A DNA stretch of 12,081 nt, taken from positions 1 to 12,081 of the forward strand of contig JAFCCW010000024.1 in assembly GCA_017609985.1 (NCBI GenBank). The letters are read 5' to 3'. Positions 6,604 to 12,081 of the stretch are shown here, piece by piece. Made by a program: the position numbers and the translations under genes. Positions within the stretch are counted from its first letter, which is position 1. Every line of letters begins with the position of its first letter. The DNA comes from Candidatus Iainarchaeum sp. Lineage in GTDB: Archaea; Iainarchaeota; Iainarchaeia; Iainarchaeales; JAFCCW01. The notes under the pieces were generated by a model. The model was not told the origin of the DNA and searched no databases. It saw only the letters and a list, made by a program, of their open reading frames with translations.

Positions 6604-7787
6604 AGCTGTGCAGAATAATTGATGATTTTCCAACCGGAGACCAGATTCTTGGGGATCTCGGACCAAATTATTATCATTACGCAAAGGGAACAACTGCTGC
6701 TGGAATCGAAGAACACATCATTTGCCAGCGCAAAAAAGGCCAGCCAAAAAAAGAAGAAATTGAAGGCTTTACTGTCTGGAGAGTTGCTCCTGCAGACACA
6801 CCTCACCCAAGGCGGGACATGCTTTTTGGAGAATTTGCAAAAAAATCGCTTGAAAAAGTTCTTGAACTCAAACCGGATATCGTGCACGGGCACAATTCAA
6901 TACACTATGCAATTGCCAGAAACAAAAAAAAGCTGGAAGAAAAAGGAATAAAACTTCTCACGCATCTTCACATTCATGTTGACATGTTCAGGAGAGCAGA
7001 GCATTTTCCTCTCTTTGAAAACCCTTCTTTTGCCTTGCGGGAGCGTGCACTTGACCTGACTTATTTTTTGCAGTTTATGCCCTGCATTAAAAATGCTGAC
7101 CGAATAATTGCCTGTGACAAGTCAGTTAAGAAAAGCACTTTGAACTATGTCTCTGATATTCCAATTGATGTTGTTTACAACGGTGTTTCGTTTGCAAAAT
7201 TCAGGAAAACAAAATCGGAAATAAAAAAAGAGCTTGGTGCGGAAAAACTTTTGCTTAACATCTGCAGACCGGTTCCATGGAAGGGACTGCAGTATCTGCT
7301 CAGGGCAATGCCGGCGATTACCCGCGAGTTCTCGGGTACAAAACTGTTACTGCTTGGAGTTGAAAGGCCAGAGTATAAGGTCTATCTTGATTGGCTGAAG
7401 GCAATAGCAAAAAAGCACGGTGTTAAGAATGCTGAGTTTGGAGGCCGCATTCCCTACTTTGACTTGCCAAAATACTACTCTGCTGCAGACTGCTTTGTTG
7501 CCCCCAGCTTTCCAGACCCAAGCCCTAAAACAGTTTATGAAGCACAGGCGTGCGGTTGTCCTGTTGCAGGAGTCGGGGGGGAGAAAAGTGGCATTCAGGA
7601 AATTTTTGGAAAAGAGTCTGGTTTGCTGTTCAAGCCAAGAAATGTTACTGATTTGGCTGAAAAAGTTTCTTATATTTTGAAGAATTCGTCAAAATTTCAC
7701 GGTGGAAGAAATGCAATAAAACAAAGAGCCACCTGGCAGAAATGTGTCAGTGACATGATAGAAGTTTATGATAAAATTTTGAAATAA
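6600..7787 (+). CDS. GT4 (GT-B fold) glycosyltransferase, divergent
   Basis: KPDIVHGHN, VVYNGV, CRPVPWKG, YYSAADCFVAPS and EAQACGCPV. Start re-called to ATG 6600 (ATGA overlap with the upstream stop). Confidence 0.92.
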   Translation: MKLCRIIDDFPTGDQILGDLGPNYYHYAKGTTAAGIEEHIICQRKKGQPKKEEIEGFTVWRVAPADTPHPRRDMLFGEFAKKSLEKVLELKPDIVHGHNSIHYAIARNKKKLEEKGIKLLTHLHIHVDMFRRAEHFPLFENPSFALRERALDLTYFLQFMPCIKNADRIIACDKSVKKSTLNYVSDIPIDVVYNGVSFAKFRKTKSEIKKELGAEKLLLNICRPVPWKGLQYLLRAMPAITREFSGTKLLLLGVERPEYKVYLDWLKAIAKKHGVKNAEFGGRIPYFDLPKYYSAADCFVAPSFPDPSPKTVYEAQACGCPVAGVGGEKSGIQEIFGKESGLLFKPRNVTDLAEKVSYILKNSSKFHGGRNAIKQRATWQKCVSDMIEVYDKILK

Positions 7788-7792
7788 ATTTT

Positions 7793-8566
7793 TTAAAACT
7801 GCCCGCCGCGATTTTTGTAAAAGCTTACTTCCTTATTCCATTCGGATGCTAGTGCGGTTCTCCAATTAGCTGATTTATTGCAGTATTTGCATATTTTAAC
7901 TAATCCTTTCTGGTGCTTTTTCCTGAAGTCCTGCATTTCCCTGCTGTTCCATGCTTCCATTATGCTTTGTTTGTTAACATCTCCAACCACCTGCTGTGCA
8001 TCCCAGAAAAAACAGCAGGGCACAACTTTTCCATCCCAAGTAATAGCCATCTTGCTCCAAAGGTCAAAGCAGTGGGTTTCATCAAAAACTTCTCCGCCTT
8101 CACCCCATTGGTGAACACCGCGTGTTTTTCCAACTTCCTGCAGGACATAAAGCGCATTTTCTTTATCTGCTTTTTTAGCGAATTCCTTCACCAGCGGGTT
8201 TTTTTTGAAATAATTTATTATTGTTAAGCTGGGTGTGGTTTTAAGATTTTTTAAGAAGGTGGCATTGGTTGATAAAACAGCTTTTATTCCCACGTCTTTT
8301 ACATAGTCAATACATTTGTTCACATCTTTGTGCATCAGGCTTTCACCCATAAAATGCAGGGAAATCATATCAACATTTCCAACACACTGGTCTACAACTT
8401 TTTTAAATAACTTAAATGACATATAACCTCTTGCTCTGGTTTGGTTTTTGTTAGGGCAAAACGAGCACGAGAGATTGCAATGGTTTGTGAGTTCAAGTTT
8501 AACATGCTTTGGAAAATCCGCGATGGGCAATTTCAGCTTGTAAAAAAGCGCTGATTTGATATTCAA
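7793..8566 (-). CDS. Radical SAM protein with C-terminal SPASM/twitch domain, unusually short
   Basis: ELTNHCNLSCSFCP (CX3CX2C at 8456-8479), FMGESLMH (GGEP-like) and LSTNATFL. C-terminus is CFDLWSKMAITWDGKVVPCC...VGDVNKQSIMEAWNS...ICKYC. Start is TTG 8566 (AGGTG 6 nt upstream) or GTG 8575. Confidence 0.9.
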   Translation of the reverse strand: MNIKSALFYKLKLPIADFPKHVKLELTNHCNLSCSFCPNKNQTRARGYMSFKLFKKVVDQCVGNVDMISLHFMGESLMHKDVNKCIDYVKDVGIKAVLSTNATFLKNLKTTPSLTIINYFKKNPLVKEFAKKADKENALYVLQEVGKTRGVHQWGEGGEVFDETHCFDLWSKMAITWDGKVVPCCFFWDAQQVVGDVNKQSIMEAWNSREMQDFRKKHQKGLVKICKYCNKSANWRTALASEWNKEVSFYKNRGGQF

Positions 8567-8637
8567 TGCAAACACCTTTTTGGCTCAGTATTTTTCCGGC
8601 TAATTATTTTTTTCATGTTAAAGTAATATTTACAAAC

Positions 8638-8645
8638 TTTTATAT
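8638..8645 (+). promoter_or_regulatory. Archaeal TATA-box-like element in the second divergent intergenic region
   Basis: ACAAAC-TTTTATAT about 37 nt upstream of ATG 8682. The same bases read TATAAAA on the minus strand, facing the radical SAM gene. Confidence 0.5.
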
Positions 8646-8681
8646 TGACATCGGAAAAGATATTACCAAAGGGTAGATGCC

Positions 8682-9056
8682 ATGAAAACCAGTAAAATTA
8701 AGGGCTTAGTAATCCGAAAAGCCAATATTTTCGAAATAAGCAAGATTGTTTCCATTCAAAAAACCCACTTTATTTATTCCAAGTTCTGGCTTTGGCTTTT
8801 AAGGAGTTTTTTAACAGGGCATGTTTTTGTTGCATTAAAAAATAACAATCTAGCGGGTTTTATCATCTGGAATAACAAAACTCTCTGCTCTATTGTGGTT
8901 TCCGAGGCTTTTAGGGGGCAGGGCATTGGAAAAGAGCTGGTGAATGAGACCATGCCCTGCACTGATATTCAGATAGTTGAATGCAGTTTGCACAATAAAA
9001 AGTTTTATGAAAAATCAGGATTTAAAGTGGAAAAACTTAAAATGGTGAAACGATAA
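8682..9056 (+). CDS. GNAT-family N-acetyltransferase (small, RimI-like fold)
   Basis: VIRKA at the N-terminus, LAGFI, acetyl-CoA motif A VVSEAFRGQGIGKELV and motif B KFYEKSGF. Confidence 0.9.
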   Translation: MKTSKIKGLVIRKANIFEISKIVSIQKTHFIYSKFWLWLLRSFLTGHVFVALKNNNLAGFIIWNNKTLCSIVVSEAFRGQGIGKELVNETMPCTDIQIVECSLHNKKFYEKSGFKVEKLKMVKR

Positions 9057-9105
9057 TTTCTCCTTACCTGAAAACTGAAAAAAATTATTTTTGGCGTGTT
9101 TTGTG

Positions 9106-10155
9106 ATGAATATTTTGTTTTTTGGCGGCTATAATCAGGATTATGCAAGAAACAAGGTCATAAAGCACGGGTTGGAAAAGAATGGCGTCAGAGTGGAAGA
9201 ATGTCATTCCCAGAAAGGATTTTTGTTAAGATTTTTTACCCTGCTGTTTAGGGGGTTTTTCAAGAGCTTTGACGTGCTCTGGGTTCCATATCCTGGTCAC
9301 ACTGATATTTTGTGCGGAAAAATTCTCTGTGTCCTGAAAAGGAAACCGCTTGTTTTTGATGTCTTTGTTTCCCGCTGGGATTCAGAGGTTGAATACGGCA
9401 ATATTTTGGGAAAAAAATCTTTCAAGGCAAAGTTTTTGTGGTGGAGCGACAAAATAGCATGTGAACTTGCAGACCTTGTTTTTTTGGATACTCCCCAGCA
9501 CATTGATTTCTTTGTGAAAGAATTCGGGATTTTGAGAAAAAAACTTGAATGGGTTTTTATCGGAGCCAACGAAAAAGTATTCTATCCCCAAAAGCAGTCT
9601 AAGAAAGGGAAAAAATTCAATGCTCTCTACTATGGTCTTGCAGCTCCCCTTCACGGGCTGGAGCATATAATATCTGCCGCGCAGTTACTGAAAGATGACC
9701 GAGAAATAAAAGTTACTCTGGTTGGTGGAAACTGGCGTTATCGTGATGCAATGGAAAAGCAGGCTTCTGAACAGGTGTTTGATTTTAAGGGGCTGTTGCC
9801 GCTTGAAAAAATTCCTGCTGAAATAGCAAAGGCAGATGTTGTTTTCGGGCTTTTTGGTGACACTCCCAAAGCACAGCGTGTAATACCCAACAAGGTTTTT
9901 GAAGCGATTGCCATGAAAAAGCCTGTTATAACCATGCGCTCTTCAGCAGTAAGCATGGTTTTTGAACACAAGAAAAATGTTTTTCTTGTAGATGCGGCTT
10001 CGCCCCGGCAAATAGCAAAAGCAGTGCTTGAGTTGAAAAAGAACAGGCGTCTCAGGGAAAAAATTGCAGAGACTGGGCACAATCTATTTGAAGAAAGTTT
10101 TTCTGAAGCAGTTATCGGGAAAAAGATTCTCAGAGTTCTGCAAAAACTAGTGTGA
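9106..10155 (+). CDS. GT4 (GT-B fold) glycosyltransferase
   Basis: KPLVFD, ADLVFLDT, YYGLAAPLHGLE, ADVVFGLFG and RVIPNKVFEAIAMKKPVIT (PNK-x-x-E subtype). Start re-called to ATG 9106 (MNILFFGGY). Confidence 0.92.
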   Translation: MNILFFGGYNQDYARNKVIKHGLEKNGVRVEECHSQKGFLLRFFTLLFRGFFKSFDVLWVPYPGHTDILCGKILCVLKRKPLVFDVFVSRWDSEVEYGNILGKKSFKAKFLWWSDKIACELADLVFLDTPQHIDFFVKEFGILRKKLEWVFIGANEKVFYPQKQSKKGKKFNALYYGLAAPLHGLEHIISAAQLLKDDREIKVTLVGGNWRYRDAMEKQASEQVFDFKGLLPLEKIPAEIAKADVVFGLFGDTPKAQRVIPNKVFEAIAMKKPVITMRSSAVSMVFEHKKNVFLVDAASPRQIAKAVLELKKNRRLREKIAETGHNLFEESFSEAVIGKKILRVLQKLV

Positions 10156-10182
10156 GCTTGGTGCGTTTATGAAAGATAAATA

Positions 10183-10189
10183 TTTAAAA
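10183..10189 (+). promoter_or_regulatory. Candidate internal TATA box for a leaderless transcript of the B12-radical SAM gene
   Basis: GATAAATA-TTTAAAA ending 24 nt before ATG 10214, which is typical archaeal leaderless spacing. Confidence 0.5.
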
Positions 10190-10213
10190 GAAGAAGCAAA
10201 AATCATTTGTCCT

Positions 10214-11701
10214 ATGCGGGTTCTTTTAGTCAATGCGCCTTCAGAGCGTGATGGAAAATTTTTCAAAAGAGCAGGGGTAAGATGGCCTGCGCCGGGTCAC
10301 AAGTATAAAGATTCAAAAGACCCGGGGCGTTATGTAGCATTCCCTTTTTTTCTTGCCTATACTGCGGCTCTTCTAAAGGAAAGTGGGAATAGTGTTTACG
10401 CGATTGATGCTGTTGCCCTTCAAATGAATGAAACTGATTTTTATAAAGCAGTAAAGAAGCGCTCTCCTGAGTTAACTGTGATTGAAACAGCCACTCCCAC
10501 AATCTCTCTTGATTTAAAATACGCAGAGTGGATTAAGAAAAACACAAATTCAAAAATAATACTGGTGGGACCGCATGCCAGTGTTTTTCCCAAGGAAATG
10601 CTCAGACACAAGTTTATTGACTATGTTGCCATAGGTGAGTATGAGAAAACAGTTGAAGAGTTAGTGGAAAAGCTTAGCAAATCCGAGCAGGTAAACAAGG
10701 TTAAAGGTCTTGCTTTCAAAAAGAGCGGAAAACCAGTGGTGAACAAACGCCGTGAAATTATTCAGCCACTGGACCAGCTTCCTTTCCCTGCAAGAAATCT
10801 GTTTCCGATTGACAGCAGGCCTGATATAGGGCTTTATTGGGACGGCATCTGCACCCATTACCCTGCAATAAAGGTTGCGACAAGCCGTGGCTGCCCGTTT
10901 AACTGCAATTACTGCCTCTGGACACAGGTTATGTATCCTGGAAGAAAATTCAGGGTTTTTTCAGCAAAAAGAGTTGCTGATGAAATTGAGCACGTAATAA
11001 AAAAGTACGGAGCAAAAGAGATTTATTTTGATGACGACACATTCACCGGAAACAGAGAGCACGCTCTTGGAATTTGCAGGGAACTTAAAAAGAGAAAGAT
11101 TAAAATTCCGTGGAGTGCAATGTGTGATGCAATAGTCACAACCGAGGAAATGATAAGGGAAATGAGTGAAGCCGGCTGCAAGTCAATAATGTTCGGGCTT
11201 GAAAGTGCTGACCCGAAAGTGCTTAAGAAAGTAGGCAAGCCCATTGACCTTGAGTACATCAAGAAGGTTTTAGACTGGTGCAATAAATACAAAATTGTAA
11301 CCAGAATAACCAATTGCTATGGCGTAACCGGTGATTCAGAGGAAAGCATAAGGAAAACATTTGAGTTTTCTTCCTCGCTCCCAGTGCACTCGGTGCAGGT
11401 GAGTGCCGCAATCCCGTATCCTGGAACCCGCTTTTACAATGAAGTTAAAAAAGAAGGAAGTCTGACAGAAAAAGACTGGGACAATTACGACGGCAGGCAG
11501 CTTGTTTCCTATCCTCAACTGTCCGGAGAAAAAATTTCACAGCTTGCAAAAGAGCTTTCAGAAAAATACCACCGCAGGAAACGGAGAAATCCCCGGTGGC
11601 TGGTGAATGCGGCAAAAAGCGTCTGGAGAGAATTCGGTTTAAAGGGTCTGTTAAAGGTTTCAGCCAGAAACTTGAAGCGCATTGCCAAGGGCGAATTCTA
11701 G
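10214..11701 (+). CDS. Cobalamin-binding (class B) radical SAM protein, HpnJ-like
   Basis: N-terminal B12-binding domain (FPFFLAYTAALL, ILVGPHAS, DYVAIGEYE), LDQLPFPAR, TSRGCPFNCNYCLWTQ (CX3CX2C at 10892-10915), EIYFDDDTFT, GLESAD and PYPGT. RAGVRW, CLWxQ and FDDDTFT resemble my recollection of HpnJ-family motifs. Alternative start at ATG 10169. Confidence 0.9.
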   Translation: MRVLLVNAPSERDGKFFKRAGVRWPAPGHKYKDSKDPGRYVAFPFFLAYTAALLKESGNSVYAIDAVALQMNETDFYKAVKKRSPELTVIETATPTISLDLKYAEWIKKNTNSKIILVGPHASVFPKEMLRHKFIDYVAIGEYEKTVEELVEKLSKSEQVNKVKGLAFKKSGKPVVNKRREIIQPLDQLPFPARNLFPIDSRPDIGLYWDGICTHYPAIKVATSRGCPFNCNYCLWTQVMYPGRKFRVFSAKRVADEIEHVIKKYGAKEIYFDDDTFTGNREHALGICRELKKRKIKIPWSAMCDAIVTTEEMIREMSEAGCKSIMFGLESADPKVLKKVGKPIDLEYIKKVLDWCNKYKIVTRITNCYGVTGDSEESIRKTFEFSSSLPVHSVQVSAAIPYPGTRFYNEVKKEGSLTEKDWDNYDGRQLVSYPQLSGEKISQLAKELSEKYHRRKRRNPRWLVNAAKSVWREFGLKGLLKVSARNLKRIAKGEF

Positions 11702-11717
11702 GTTTATTTAACTTAAC

Positions 11718-12080
11718 TTATTTTTCTTTCAAATCCTTCAAACTGCATTTGAACAAGACCTGTCTGCGTTTTCTTGCCATTGTCTGTTCTTCAATTGTAA
11801 AGTATTTGCTTACTATTTTTTTCCAGTTAGCAAAATCCCAAAATTCTCTGAAATGGTTAGTTCCAAAAAAATGATTGGTTCCATAAACCTCTGTAGCGTG
11901 AACAAACCAGAAATTGTTTCCCAAGTTATGGCCGCTTAGCCATCTAACCAGAAAAAGAGGAAAATTTAAAAGGTTCCATATTTTCCATTCTGCTGTGGGT
12001 AGGATGAGTATTACGACGCCTTTTTTCCTTAATACTCTGTGGATTTCTTCTGCAAATTCTTTTTTTTTTGAAACATGTTC
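11718..12080 (-). CDS. Class I SAM-dependent methyltransferase, C-terminal part only (starts beyond the right edge)
   Basis: The frame is open from 12080: EHVSKKKEFAEEIHRVLRKKGVVILILPTAEWKIWNLLNFPLFLVRWLSGHNLGNNFWFVHATEVY... EHV-x6-EEIHRVLRKKG is a typical Methyltransf_11 motif II/III region. The ORF track shows only the last 68 codons. Confidence 0.8.
   Translation of the reverse strand, partial: EHVSKKKEFAEEIHRVLRKKGVVILILPTAEWKIWNLLNFPLFLVRWLSGHNLGNNFWFVHATEVYGTNHFFGTNHFREFWDFANWKKIVSKYFTIEEQTMARKRRQVLFKCSLKDLKEK
11851..11883 (-). repeat. 18-nt-period imperfect tandem duplication encoding GTNHF-F-GTNHF
   Basis: Plus strand AAATGGTTAGTTCCA (11851-11865) vs AAATGATTGGTTCCA (11869-11883), 13/15 identical. 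Confidence 0.7.
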
Positions 12081-12081
12081 A

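Noticed and set aside
8199-8206. Frameshift at the T8 run explaining the short radical SAM core
   Set aside because: The N-terminal and SPASM motifs are in the same uninterrupted frame and there is no extra DNA to encode the missing part.
8645-8666. Perfect TTGACA suggesting a bacterial sigma70 promoter
   Set aside because: No -10 hexamer at 16-18 nt spacing (TATTAC is only 10 nt away). The overlapping TTTTATAT box is a better explanation.
7780-9092. Similar AT-rich words (TGAAATAAATTTTTT and TGAAAAAAATTATTTTT) flanking the radical SAM/GNAT pair as target-site duplications
   Set aside because: Low-complexity, imperfect match, with no transposase, integrase or terminal inverted repeats.
4944-11874. 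Short nested or antisense ORFs within the GT, GNAT and radical SAM genes (e.g. 6516-6893, 7913-8227, 9738-10082, 11596-11874)
   Set aside because: They overlap motif-bearing CDSs, have shadow-like composition and show no independent start signals.
1-12081. tRNA, rRNA, CRISPR array, cobalamin riboswitch or IS element
   Set aside because: Intergenic gaps are all about 125 nt or shorter and AT-rich, with no cloverleaf, repeat-spacer periodicity or GC-rich stems visible.

Overview
A gene-dense glycan or glycolipid biosynthesis and modification island with 13 CDSs, two of them cut by the window edges. It is probably archaeal: (A)GGTG(A) Shine-Dalgarno motifs recur before starts and TATA-box-like elements sit in the intergenic gaps. 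A DPANN-type host is plausible but is only an inference. Left block (minus strand): GT-C/ArnT-PMT-like membrane glycosyltransferase > NDP-sugar epimerase/dehydratase (SDR) > DegT-family aminotransferase > SAM methyltransferase, then a membrane-anchored Cys-containing protein with extreme A/C-ending codon bias. Middle block (plus strand): polyprenyl-phosphate-sugar synthase-like GT2 > GT2 > GT4. Right block: an unusually short radical SAM/SPASM-twitch protein divergent from GNAT > GT4 > HpnJ-like cobalamin-binding radical SAM, and a convergent second methyltransferase. Most notable are the two radical SAM enzymes embedded in an Arn-like lipid-linked amino-sugar pathway, an apparent in-frame deletion in the SDR, non-canonical catalytic motifs in three glycosyltransferases, and the sharp codon-composition switch at the left edge. 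I saw no RNA genes, CRISPR arrays or mobile elements. All family calls come from motif recognition by eye, not database searches.
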